A DNA stretch of 64,000 bases from Paraspadella gotoi (GCA_051294375.1 CM119267.1:13463081-13527080); one strand, 5' to 3'; positions 24,509 through 39,435 are shown, numbered from the stretch's first letter. Notes: generated by a model from the letters alone, not told the origin. A program made the numbers and translations.

Positions 24509-26224
24509 CTTTTGCCTAATAAATCGTTGTTGCACATTAAAAACTTTTTTCCTTAAACTCAAAACACAACGAAAAGAAAAAATCATAACAATGTATATTT
24601 TCACTTAAAAAACTTAAGAATTTTTAAAAGCAGTAATTATATTTCTATCAGAATCCATCAAAAAATTATAAGATTTCAAAAAAAAATTTTATCATGTGAA
24701 AAAAGATAAGTAACATTTAATGTATTAATCAAGATGTATAATGTTATTTTTTTTTGAAAATGATTGCTTAAATAGTTAATAAAGATAACTAAAAAAACTT
24801 TGCTAATAGTCAAAATTTTATATTATCTCCTGAGTTGGTCCCTAGTAAAAAGTGTGTGATTAAGGTGGAAATCAAGTTTCGATGAAATTGTATGAGTGGA
24901 AATGAGTTTAAATTAATTAATTAATTATGTTAATTTTTATATTAAATGTAAATGCAAGATGTATTAATCAAATAATAAATCAGTTAATTAATTATTTAAT
25001 CAATTTATCTATTAATTAATTAAATATTCAATCAATCCATTTATTTATCAATTATGGTCGCCGCCATCATCGTCGTCGTTGCTTTTGTGACAAAAAGACC
25101 TAAAAACAAACATTGGATAAAATTAATTTCTTAACTAATTAAACTGAATTAATTAATTACCGCTAAGGATTGTGCGCAGGTCCGGCATTGTTTGCTCAAA
25201 CTTTTTTTTTTCAAATGTTGTAAAAGACGAATCTGACTACATGACAAAATATTTGTCTTGTTGCTCATGATTATAAATCGGCATCTGTTAAATTTAATCA
25301 AAAATATTATCACGTTTTATTGTTGTTAAATATGTTAAATATAATAGCATCAGTTCTTGATCAATGATCATGTGTACTATCACTGTTTTAATAATTTCCC
25401 TTGAATAATTTAATTGATCTGTATCTATAGCATTAGTTAAATAAAATTCCCATTTTGTATTGTCTTTAATTCCGTTGCACTTTAAAACACCTCTAGAAAA
25501 ACTATAGCTAAAATCAAACCTGTAACTTCTTCAAAAACTTCACCTTGTAATTGTAAATCGTTTTCTTTTATAGTCACCCATGGTCCCATACCCTCAAAAA
25601 AATTTTTTTTGGGGTGTGTTTTTTTTTTAAATGCGTCTGTGATAACATTCAGATTACCACCGACATTAAACTAAATAAACCTATTGCCATTGGTTGAATG
25701 AAAAACGTTTTTGGTCTCCAAATACATTACAATTTTTTGTCCGGGTACTGTTTACTCTGCCTAAAAATTTGAGGCTACAAATGAAAGTATTACCTAAAGA
25801 CAATCTTGAAGATCGTATAGACTGAAGAGTAAAGAGTCGCTTGAAGGAATTATCGAAGAACTTCACCATCACAACTCGGGAACCCATAAACTTACAGGTT
25901 ACCAGGTTTCCTGTTAATCTTGTATTTAATATTTTGCAAACGAGGATTAATACGACTGCTAACGACGTTCTTGAAAACTTTATTTGTTTAAAAACGTTAG
26001 TAACGTTTTTAAAAAAATAAAGTTTTCCAAAACAAAAAATACAATTTTTAATTATAAAACGGACGTGAAATAGTAAAATCATTTTAAACAAAGGGCTCGG
26101 TAAAATTATTCGTCTGCGATGAAAGTCAGACTGGTAGTAAAACATTTTGTAGCTAAATCCAAAGAATTAACTATTAAAAATAATAATGGCCAAGATTACT
26201 TAAAAAACTTTTAATAATATCTTT

Positions 26225-26458
26225 TATGGTGGACTAAAACCCACCAACCGTTCATCAGCGGCCATTGGTGCCGGAGGCAAGTCATTCGCCTCCCAACCCA
26301 AAGGTCCGGGGTTCTAGCCCGGTGGTCGTCTGGCAGTTAAGAGGGACGGGGCGCTTAACCCGCCTGTAACATGGTGTTACAGCCTGATCCGAAGCTCAGG
26401 GACTGCTTATATTGAACGGTTCTGTCATTAACACATATCAATAATTACTGTCTCTTCA
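26225..26458 (+). mobile_element. Second full copy of the tRNA-Gly-like element (5'-truncated third copy at 16626-16768)
   Basis: Same termini TATGGTGG..TCTCTTCA; flanks cttt/catt (4-bp TSD with one mismatch). Confidence 0.75.
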
Positions 26459-26779
26459 CATTGAAATTTTTGATTAGCCTTAGCTTAGCGTCGCGTCGCA
26501 CACCTATGTAGTATGTACTGTAATAGTGTAACATTATTTAAAAGGATAGCAACCAGAGTGATAAAAGAATAAACAACATTGGAGCTCACTGAAAATTTGT
26601 AAGACCTACAGTAGCATCCGTCTAGAATTTCTGAGACGGCAAGCTCTATAACTCGAGAAGAAATGATAATTTAAAAGAGTTTTTGTCTTGATATCGAGTA
26701 CACATATGGCTACTCCCCCTTTGGTAAGCCATTGCTCTACGACCAATTTTGGGACATCAGAACTTATGGTAAAAAGTAA

Positions 26780-26856
26780 CTTCGGCCAGATTTGAACCTG
26801 AAACTACTTCGTAACGTCGAAATCCGGCGCGTTAAGCACTCGGCCAAATGATTTTC
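26780..26856 (-). mobile_element. Possible tRNA-derived SINE head
   Basis: Minus strand TGGCCGAGTGC (A box) and GGTTCAAATCT (B box) at tRNA-like spacing; single copy in this window. Confidence 0.4.
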
Positions 26857-29409
26857 ATAAAAATTTGGTACAAATTAAATTATATAAAGCTGTATGTTCA
26901 CTTTTAATTTTTTGGGGGGAAACAAAAAATTCAAAGTTCGACGGCAGAGATTTCGACATCCGAGTCCCAAGTTTCCTGACGACGATAAATACGAAGAATA
27001 AAGCGAATATCTGGCTTATTTATAATGTTTGAAATTGAGGAAAAGTCAGAGGCAGTTGCCTCGTTGTTAAGCCGCGACGTTGAACATTTTCATGTTGCTT
27101 TTAAGGTGTTATATTGAGTGTTTTTAACCAGTTGCTTATTGTGTTTTTAGCAGTCGGTCCGCCCCCTCAATCTTGTCGGGCATTCACTTATATCATGTCA
27201 GAACATTGAATTATGATAAATTATGCCAAAAAAAACGATGTCCGTCCGTCCGTCCCACCTTAGCAAAAAACACCAATTACTCGTGATTGGATGGATGGAT
27301 TGGAATGAAATTTTGTGTGTGGGTAGGGAAGTGTGTGATTGAGCTGTATATGAAGTTTCAATGAGTTTAAAGGGAAACAAGTTTGAGCAAACAATGTCGG
27401 ATTTGCCTACGATAATTAAGTGGTAATAAGCTAACTTGGTCAACTTGCATAATTTAATCAACTTGCATAATTTGGTCAACTGACATAATTTGTTTAACTT
27501 ACATAATTTGGTTAACTGACATAATTTGGTTAGCTGACATAATTTGTTCAACTGACATAATTTGGTCAAGTGGAATAATTTTATCAACTTGCAGAATTTG
27601 GTCAACTTGCAGAATTTGGCATAATTTGGTCAACTTTCAGAATTTGGTCAACTGGCATATTTTTGTCAATTGGCATAATTTGGTCAATCAATCAACAAGC
27701 AGTGACTGTACAGCGGCTGTCCAGCTTTCTCTTTCTGTCTTTCTTTCTCTCTGTTTGTCTTTCTCTGTACGATCTTTTGCGTGATCATTCGTTTTTTGAA
27801 AAATTTTGATTATTTTTTCCTTCTAAAAACTTTTATTATCGCCATTTATTCTACGCTTTTTTTTTCAATATAAAATCTTATATTTATATCCAAGATGTGG
27901 ATTTATTATTTTTCTTTCTCTCTCTCTCTTTCTCTCTCTCTTTCACTCATACACGCATTTATTTTATTTACGATGACTGATTCATTGCGTCAATGAATGA
28001 CTATCATATCAATGAATGATTATCATCGCATCATTCATTTGGTTATATAAATCATTTGGTTATCATCACATCAATTATTTGGTTATCATTGCATCAATTA
28101 TTGGTTATCATCGCATCAATAATTGGTTATCATCGCATCAATAATCAATTCCTATTACATCAATAAATTATTATTACATCAATAATTCGTAATCGCATCA
28201 TTCATTTTTTTCTCAGATTTTTTCATTAATTTTCTTTGATAGCTGGCTGGCGAGATCCATATACTTTTAAGATATTTTTTCTTATGAAGAAATGTGAATT
28301 TGAAAAATCCCTCACATAGAATTGGAACCCTTGTCCACAAGTAAATTTATGTAAAATTTTATTCATTTATTCATTTGGGCCGTAACTCTTCCGAAAGGTT
28401 TTTTTTGTTTTATATAGTATTATAAAATTCTAAAAAACAATAATGGATTCGGAGAGAAGATAAAGTATATACATTTTCAGGATCGTCTGGACCTCTACTT
28501 TCCGAAAACATGCTTTATTTCATCCTCATAACTTTTGGCGACTGATCCCAGGCCTTAAGAAACTGTTCTTCTGTTTTTTAGCTTGTCGCTACTGCATGCC
28601 TCGACATTTTAAGGTGGCACTTTGAGTATGTAGAGTTTTGAGGCGTGACCGAAGCCGTTTTTCTGTTGGACTAATGAAATGCTTATCATTAACACATGGC
28701 TACAACCTTAATCACAGCAATGGATTGTAACGTTTTTCTGAATGGTAAGAGGAGCATGGGCACCCATACCTAAAAGGTATTTGAAAAAGGTTTTAAACAA
28801 CCGTATAACTTAAACTTATAAAATAACTTCTTTTAAAAATTAAATATTCACTAAGTTCACATATGTATATTTCTATATTGTGGTTAGGTAGAATTTTATA
28901 TTATTTTTTATAATTGTTAGAACCTCAAAGCTGTTTATCTGAAAAAGAATTGTATAAGATTAATGATAAAGAGAATCAAGTGCGAATATTAAATGATTAC
29001 TTCCAGCTATGACGTCAGACAGGACAAATCCCCGTCTAAGAGGATTTTGAATTCGTTGCTCTCTTATTTGAACAGCCACCGAAATATTAACACATGTTCA
29101 ACAGTAGCCTTAATGAAATGAATTCTCCGCATATATTTTTTGGTTGCTAAATGAAAAACTTAAACGGCTAAATTTTCACAACACGAATAATGCGGGTTAA
29201 TTAAGCTGCTAGGCAGGGGAAAGTACCAGCAGCCAATCTTGGGGGGAAAAAAAACCAACCATTTTCGTTTTTGTTTACAGATCGTTTTGTTATTCCTCGC
29301 CGGCCTTCTTTCTCTCATCAATCATCTTCAATATATCCATTCCGAAAGCCTAACAAAACTACCTCCGTGTCTTCTACTTTCGTCCTAAAACTAATTCGCC
29401 ATATACTAA

Positions 29410-31287
<1,878 letters not shown>

Positions 31288-33489
31288 TACTTTTTACCGT
31301 TAAAGAGCGTCCCAAACATTGCTTTTCCAATAGCCCTTATAATGTGTCTGATCTATGATCTGGCTTACAATGTCATAATAGCATTATACATGCATATCAT
31401 GTCTCGAAAACAATCGCCGTGGAAAATTTTCCGTGAAATTACCATCATATCTTTGTTAAGTTTTGGATATTCCGATTAACTATTAAGAAAATATAGGTAT
31501 TAATGCGTTCAGTCCGTCATTAAAAATTAAACTTAAACTGACGATCGACTGAAAATCTAATAAGTTCATCATAGCCTGCCAAGCCTTTCTATTATCCGAT
31601 TTACATCCTTTATTTTCAGTCATTCGTTTAGACCACAGTTACAAGGAAAAGTTGTTAATTACATCAAGAGCAACCGATTTGCTTATTTAGCTAGTTGATA
31701 GCAGTCTAATTTTTAATAATAATTAAAACAAGTTTGAGCAAACATTGTCGGATCTGCCGACGATAATTAAGCGGTAATCAGCTAATCAGATGATAAATCA
31801 CTATAATTCTTTTGATTTATGATCCTAACTGATCATAACAGATTGTACCATACAAAACCAGTGGCTGCGCCAAGATATGTAAATCGCTTGCGAGGGATTA
31901 AACTGAGCTTTTACGGGTTACTTTTATTTTCGCCGACCGTGGTTAGTAGAGCGTAGTGAAAGTTACATACGAAAATTCTAAATGTCAATTATGAACAACA
32001 TACCATCAGTGAATATTAATTAGTAAAAAAAATAATTTTATATTCTTCAATTTTCGCAGTAGGATTTATTTATATATTGTACTATCCTTATAAAATTAAA
32101 AAATTTTAAAATGGGCTTTTCTTAATTTTGATTGCAGATTTGAATTCCTCGTCAAAAGTTGATAAGAGAAAATATAAATTATTTTTAAAAATTCCTTCAT
32201 TAAGTGGGTTAAAAATTTAAAAAACTATATACAATATATAAAATTTTTATTTTTAGCTTAAAATATAGGTTTTTATTATATTTTATCAACTTAATGAAAG
32301 AATTTTTTAAAAAAGAGTTATTGTAAATTGTTTTTTTTCTCCTTTTTTTTCATTTTCTTTTAACTTTCTATACCTACTATGAGTAGCCATAGCCGATGAA
32401 ATTTAAATGCTAATGTATACAGCGTTAAAATAATCTATCATGACCATAGATTATGGTATTAAAATATTTTTTGTCAAAAATGCTTTCTTCTGAGGGTACT
32501 AGCCTAATTAAAAATATTATATTACTATATAGAGCAAAAAAATTTTTTTTTTAATCTTAAATTTTTTTGATGGATTCTGATAGAGCATAAAAAGTTAAAC
32601 AAGAAATATAATTACAGCTTTTAAAAATTCTTACGTTTTCTAAGTGAAAATATATAAAAAAAAGATGATGATCATTTTTTACAGTTTTTCTTATTTTTGA
32701 CACACTTATCGTAAAAATATTGAAAAAAGAATTATACTTTGTGCAGACAACTTTTTATGAGCTATCTGAATCTGGTCTTAAAATTAAAAATATATAAAAA
32801 AAATTTTTGGCCTTTCCTATCTATAAATAAATATTAAAAAATTACTAGGGTATAGAGCCATATTAGAAATTTTTTGTCCATTGAAAGTATTCTTAAAAAT
32901 GTCTAAATATTCGTTTGAGCATGTACTCACTCTAAATTTTTGACTCACCCCATTGAGTGCGGCTACCCCTACTATGAGGATTTGTCTCTTACTTTTTTTA
33001 CTATTAGCATTTTCCCTTTACTTTCTATAGAAATTTGCTCTTCTGTCTGCACCCACTAGATCTTCACTTGCATCGCTTTACACAAAATAACAAATTTTTG
33101 TTTGTTTTGGTTTTAATAAACCAGATGGCTCCACAAACAAAAGAGCGTTTTTAAAACAAAATAACAATGAAATTAAATTTTAATATATTTTTTCTGAAAC
33201 AAAAAAAACAGTCCTATTAAATCTTTTTTGTATTTTCTCCCTTTTCTATTAAAGGGCTTTACAAAACAGGAGGCCTTCTGTAAGACAAAGGAACATCCAA
33301 AAAATTTTATCTGCACCCACTAGATCTTCACTTGCACCTGCTTTTCAACAAAATAACAATTTTTTTTTATCGTAAATGTTAAAAAAATTTTTTTTTAAAA
33401 TATTTTTACAAAATATGAAAATATGCAAAATTACCTGTTTTATTATTTTCTTGTTGCTTGCGTTGTGAATGGCCTCCTTTCGCCGCATG

Positions 33490-33817
33490 CAACATAATCA
33501 CAGATGAATGAAACCCGGAAACAGAGGAAAAGATTAAGGAAGAGGATTCCGGAAGAGGAAGAAGATTCTGGAATGATTTTGAATGGGATTTTGGAAGCCA
33601 AATCCAGAAAAGGAACAATACCTTCCGGAAGAGGAAAAGAAGGTTCCAGAAGAGGAAGATTCCGGAAGAGGAATCTGGCTTCGTCTTCTTGCCCATTATA
33701 AATAGCCTCTGTTTCTGATTTGATTCACTGTCTGAAAATTGACAGTCTTCATGTCTATATTCTGAGAATAAAATTCCACTTTGTTTCATATTGAAATCTC
33801 TGTCTACTTACTTAAAT
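33490..33817 (+). mobile_element. Probable solo LTR preceding the tRNA-Leu copy
   Basis: Repeated ttccggaagaggaaga motifs, TATAAATA (about 33697) and AATAAA (about 33767), followed directly by TGG-tRNA complement. The left boundary is uncertain. Confidence 0.5.
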
Positions 33818-33818
33818 G

Positions 33819-33858
33819 TGGTGGCAGCGGTGGGATTCGAACCCACGCCTCCGAAGAG
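33819..33858 (-). pseudogene. 3' 40 nt of tRNA-Leu including CCA (retro-copied fragment or extended PBS)
   Basis: Minus strand CTCTTCGGAGGCGTGGGTTCGAATCCCACCGCTGCCA-CCA equals the variable arm, T arm and acceptor strand of metazoan tRNA-Leu; the 5' half is absent. Confidence 0.88.
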
Positions 33859-35071
33859 TATCAAAAAAAGTTAATAAAAAAATATTATAATCTAATTTGC
33901 ATATTGCAGTAAATCATGATTAAATGGAAATTCAATATATATATAATATTTGAATCGATATGACAGTTGAAAAAATGATGCAAGTTGAAAAAATGATGCA
34001 AGTTGAAAAAATGATGCAAGTTGAAAAAATGATGCAAGTTGAAAAAATGATGCAAGTTGAAAAAATGATGCAAGTTGAAAAAATGATGCAAGTTGTAAAA
34101 ATGATGCAAGTTGAAAAAATGATACATTTAATATAAAAGGAAAAAAAATCATAATCAATTAGTGAAACAGGTTTTTTTTTTCCATTTAAACTCATTTCCA
34201 CTATTCCATTGAAACTTGGTTTCCTGTTCAATCATACACTTTCCTACTCACATACAAAATTCCAGGTCAATCGCCCCATCCACTCGTGAGCAATTGGTGT
34301 TCAAATAATAAAATATATTTTTTTGTTTTTTCCATTTAAACTCATTTCCACTTGGACGATTCCATCAAAACTTTATATCCAGCTCAATCACACACTTCCC
34401 TACCCACACACAAAATTTCATTCAAATCCATCCATCCAATCACGAGTAATTAGTGTTTTTTTGCTAAGGTGGGACGGACGGACAGACGGGCATTTTTTTT
34501 GCATAATTTATCATAATTTGATGTTCTGACATGATATAAGTTAGTGCCCGACAATATTGAGGGGGCGGCCCGGCGGACCGACAAAGTGATGCAAGTTGAA
34601 AAAATGATGCAAGTTGAAAAAATGATGCAAGCTGAAAAAATGATGCAAGTTGAAAAAATGATGCAAGCTGAAAAAATGATGCAAGTTGAAAAAATGATAC
34701 AAGTTGAAAAAAGGATAAAAGTTGAAAAAATGATACAAGTGAAAAAATGATAAAATCTAAAAAAATAATGCAAGCTAAAAAATTGATATAAGCTGAAAAA
34801 TATGAAAAAATGAAACAAATTTAAAAAAATATTATTATTGCCGCAGTAACAGTTCAGTTTAAGCCTTTGAAGGCGATTTACATGTATTTTCGCAGCAACT
34901 GGTATTTCTTTATATCAACTTTTCATGACGAATCCATATCTGTAAAAAAATCTTATAAATGTTCATTAGTATAATGTTGTTCATTTTTCACTTTTAGAAT
35001 TTTAATTCAAATTAAATTTAATTTAGAGATGTAACTAAAAATTCGTTGTAATAGCAATTTTTATTTGATTA

Positions 35072-35115
35072 TTGTACATGTTTCGACTCTTAGTATTGGG
35101 AGTCTTCATCAGCAA
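35072..35115 (-). ncRNA. Minimal type I hammerhead ribozyme in a solo PLE pLTR (about 35040-35540)
   Basis: Minus strand: ttg-CTGATGA-A-GACTC-ccaatactaa-GAGTC-GAAAC-at-GTA-caa. Confidence 0.85.
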
Positions 35116-35743
35116 GTGAGTTCAATAAACCAAATTTTTTAAAAACATTAGTTTGAGAGAGAAAGAGTTTCCAACAAAGAATTGAGCAAGGATAGTGGTC
35201 ACATTTGAGGACAGGTGAAAGTAGGAAAAGAGAGAGCAAATGATTTTGAAATTGGTGAAAAGAAAGAGAGAGTCTTAGGGATCAATACATTAGGCAATGT
35301 ACAACAGTGAAAATTTTTTTAGAAAAAACTAAATATTTAACAAAAGTAATAATAAATTAATTGTTAGCTGATGATTGTTAGTAAGGGAAAATGAAATAGA
35401 AGAATAAGTGATGAGGGATAGATAAGTTAAAGATAAGTGAAATAGTAAGGTAAGGAAAGAGCTCAAAATGAGCTGCCCCCCCCCCCGGCCGGGCAAATGT
35501 GGGACGTTAACGATGTTGTCGGGTCATTGGCCTGTCATTAAATTTAAAATTTTTACTACGCTTTAGTGGTTAGGGAAAGGTTAAGGGTGGTTTAGGGTTA
35601 GGGGTGGTTAGTAGGCCGGAACAGGTTAAAAACTATTCTCTCAACTAAATAATGGTTAAGTGACTGCTAAAGAATATGAAAACAATTTTTAAAATTTTGC
35701 TTATAAGCGCACGGAAGCATTTAAAGATTATTTTATTAATATA

Positions 35744-37963
35744 TGACACAATGAAAAATAACGTGGCGAGACGGTCTCGTGCTGATTTTGTCCCTTTAAA
35801 ATTGTTTCTGAGCTAAATTAATTGATCATTACTTTTGTAATATGTGCGATATACACTACTGGACATTACTGTATCTGACCATAACCCTTGACCATCAACA
35901 AAAAAGTTAACGAGATCAAAAATAGTAAAAAAGATGAAGCAATATAGCTCGAAATGCTTACAAAATTTTAGACCATTGCTTTTATAAATGCAAAAAAAAT
36001 ATTAATATTATTAAAACAAAACTGTAACGATAACCTAATAGTTAACCGAGACCAAGATGAATATTTTTTACCCATCATTTCCTCAATTTATATGAATCAT
36101 TTGTTTGTAATTAGTCAATTAATCTAAATAACAATATGACAAATTCATTTTCAATTTTCTTTATGAATGGGAAGTTTTCTCTGCTTACTCCCTTGTGTCT
36201 AATTATTTAATATTTTAAAGGTATTTTCAAAAACCTTATATAATTACTATATTTTTCACTTTTTTCAATTCTTTCAAACAAAAACAACATCATAAAAACA
36301 TTTTAAATTAATAAAAAAAATTGATTTAATGATTTTGGAAAAAAATATTTTGAAACTTGAGAATAATGGATTATGAGTCATGAAAAAAATTTTGCAATTC
36401 TAAAAAAATCAGCCTCTAGCCTTTTGATTTTTCTAGAGGCTGATTTTTTTATTTTTTTGATATTTTGATTTTCTATGCAAAACCATTATTCTCAATGAGC
36501 ATAGGTCGGACGAAATTTTTTTTCCAACAATTTGAAAAAATTTTAACTTTTCTAATTAGGCTTTTTTGGGGGAAATAAATAAATAAATTATTATACGATG
36601 GGTACATCTGAAAGTGATATGTCTCTAAATGACAAAAAAATTTTCTTCAAGTTTTATTTTGAAATTTAAGTATTGTACCAATAGAAATAAGTGAGATACT
36701 CCCGCTTTGCCGAAATTTTTATTTAACAAAGATTTGTACTGCTTAATTTAAAAAAAGTTATTTTTTTAAATAACTTTTGAAAGAAAAGAGGTAGCAAGGT
36801 GGATGTGGTATCAAATTAAAGCCCTAATCATGGGTCACCTTTCTAAAAGAGTTTTATTAAATTAAATCCATTAATCTTTACACAGCTTTGTTTAAATCAG
36901 AGTTAAAAGTATAACAGTTTTTTGCTTTAAAAATTTAAATGAAGGCATATGAAATTTTTTCTTTTCTTTTGTAATTTGAAAAAGGAAAGACTGAATTACA
37001 TTTTGTTTATTATTAAATTTTTTTTATTCCATAAAATTGCTTATATTTTTCAGTTAAAGTAAAAAACAAGCAAAAATTTATGTTGTAGCTTGATAAAATG
37101 TATTTTTAAATATTAAAAATGATAAATAAAAAAATGTTTTCAGCTTGATATAAACAGTCTGGACATCTACCTTCTTGTCTGTGAAAAAAAATCGTCATTT
37201 TCATTATCTTTAACTGCAAACTAAAAGCTTGACACACTGCTTGTTTATCATAATAAAGTTGTAAAAAATTATATAGCTGCTAACATATTTGACAAAGCAA
37301 AACATCATTGTGTTAAATTGTATTAATAATTTTTTTTAAATATAGCAAGGAATTTAATTCTATTATTTATCATCCATTTTAATTAAGAGAAAATATTTCT
37401 CATAATAGCCCATTGGAAAGGGTTCATTGACTGACTTAATGATAAAATTTTTTAGATTTTCTTTACTGCCCCCATTTTACAAGATATAAAAGGTCATGGT
37501 TATCATGTCAATAAGTCCAGATTATCTGTACTCTTTCTGCAACCTGCATTCCAAATTTTCTTTTTTCCCTTTCAAATGTATTAAATAAAAAAAATTATTT
37601 GAGAGAACAATTGGCGTGGAGGATGCTATTGGTAAGCCTTAATTACCCAACTTCCCGATCGAATTTTAAATGAGGTTTTTTTTCCATCTATTTGAGACAT
37701 AACACTAACTATTAGTACTATTATTTTTTTTTTCTTATTACAATTCTATGAATAAATATGAATAAGTAACTTTTTTAAAAAAATTATCATCTTTCACCCT
37801 ATATTCAGTCATATCTAAAAAACAAAAAAAGATTTTGCATTGTTATTTTGGATATCAACATATGAAACTATAACGTTTCAAAAATAAAAAGAAATATAAT
37901 AATATTAATAGTGATTTTTTTTATGCACGGAACAGTAACGTTACGCCATTTTTCATTGTGTCA
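35744..37963. mobile_element. 2.2-kb non-coding TIR element (inverted copy 44905-47091; partial copies about 10250-12290 and 62915-64000)
   Basis: TIR TGACACAATGAAAAAT with TATA flanks; colinear reverse-complement similarity to 44905-47091. Confidence 0.8.
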
Positions 37964-38949
37964 TATAAAGTTAACAATATTTTTTAAAAATTTTCATTTT
38001 TTTTAATAGATTCTGATAGAGCTTTAACTTTTTAATTTTTTTTTGTTTTATTAATCAAAATTTTAAACTATAAAATTCAGCCAATGATGTTGATTTTTTA
38101 AGGTTTTTTTCTATTTTTAACTAATATATTGTTAAAATTTAAAAAAATTATTATACTAACTTTCATTTAACTTTTCAAGCTCTATAAGAATTCTTTCTGA
38201 AAAAATAAAATTTTTAAAATTTTTTTTGTCAGTTGTTATATATTAATAAATATTTAAAAGCTTCAATGAAACAACCCAATGAACTAATTCCAAAAGTTGC
38301 ATTGAAAATCAATTTAATAGTAGAATGAAAAAAGAAATTTTTTTGCAAGAACTAGAAGTTATAAAAAGTGTTCAATTTTGGCCCGCCTTAGTGGTTAGGG
38401 TTAAAAGGATTTAACATTAAGGTAATTATGAAATTTTTTTTTTTAATTTCTTTAAAAAATAAGTATTTTTAAATGGTTTTTCAAAAGCCGCCAAAACCGC
38501 AGTCGGCGAAAATAAAATTTTGCCACTTTTACTATAGTAGAAATAATTACAAACCAGTGGCTGCGCCAATACATGTAAATCACTTTAAACTGAACTGTTA
38601 CTGTGGCACTAATATCATTTCGGTACTTGCAAAAATATTTTATAAATCAAAACAATATTATTTTTGTATCAAAGTATGATATATGATTAAAATGCTTTTA
38701 TCAAAACATAGAATAAGAAATAAAATAAAATAGAATAAGAAAAAATACTTATTAAAAAATTAAAAAAAAACATTTTAAAAGATTTAAAATAATAAAAATT
38801 TACAAAAATAATTGCTATTTTGTTAAAGAGCCGGTACAAGTGAATTTCAATGGACAAAACATTTCTTATGTGGCTCTATACCCAAATAATTAATTTTTTA
38901 ATATTTATTTATAAATAGAAAAGGCTAAAATTCTTTTGGATAATTTTTA

Positions 38950-39382
38950 TTGTATTAGATTTTTTTTTTGTTGTTTGTGCAACTAAGGAGAGTAACAAAA
39001 AAATTGTTTGAACAACAATTTATTATATTTTTTAAGGACATGTTTCGACTCTGTTTTTCGAGTCTTCATCAGCAAGTGAAAATATATCAGTCACATATCT
39101 CAAACATCAGTTTTGGAGAATGAGAGAGAGAGTTTCCAACAAAGAATTGAGTGAGGGATAGTGGTCAGATGTAAGGACAGGTAAAGGTAAGAGCAGGGAA
39201 AAAGAGAGTAAATGAATTTGAAGATTGAAAAATTTGGTGAAAGAGAAATCAATACATTAGGCAATGTACAACAATGATAAAATTATATTTTCACTTGCTG
39301 ATGAAGATGAGAAAAACAGAGTCGAAACATGTCCTTAAAAAACAAATTGTTGTTCAAACAAATTTTTTGTTACTCTCCTTGA
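38950..39382. mobile_element. Fold-back mini-PLE with two inverted hammerhead arms
   Basis: Inverted arms carry HHR motifs at 39036-39075 (-) and 39295-39336 (+). 13-bp TSD tggataattttta (38937-38949, 39383-39395). No coding sequence. Confidence 0.8.
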
Positions 39383-39435
39383 TGGATAATTTTTAAATTT
39401 TAAGACCAGATTCAGATAGCTCATAAAAAGTTATC

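Larger units (their letters stand above)
22856..24593 (+). mobile_element. 5'-truncated Penelope-like retroelement with inverted pseudo-LTR copy
   Basis: 22856-23300 is an inverted copy of about 24110-24555. Flanked by 13-bp TSD tatattttcactt (22843-22855, 24594-24606). Contains a GIY-YIG remnant and a hammerhead motif in each pLTR copy. Inserted into a hAT MITE. Confidence 0.9.

Noticed and set aside
25681-26145. 154-aa minus ORF and protein-like plus frame
   Set aside because: No recognisable motifs and the plus frame has a stop; at most a decayed fragment.
26258-26330. Functional tRNA-Gly gene (and tRNA-Met at about 4238-4310)
   Set aside because: Anticodon stems do not pair properly, and the sequences sit within dispersed mobile repeats.
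33819-33858. Functional tRNA-Leu gene
   Set aside because: Only the 3' 40 nt are present, without D arm or anticodon; the encoded CCA indicates a retro-copy.
33885-34818. Repetitive ORFs (FFNLHH, STCIIF, KMMQVE) here and at 2831-3025 and 27198-27605
   Set aside because: 18-bp minisatellites keep frames open by chance.
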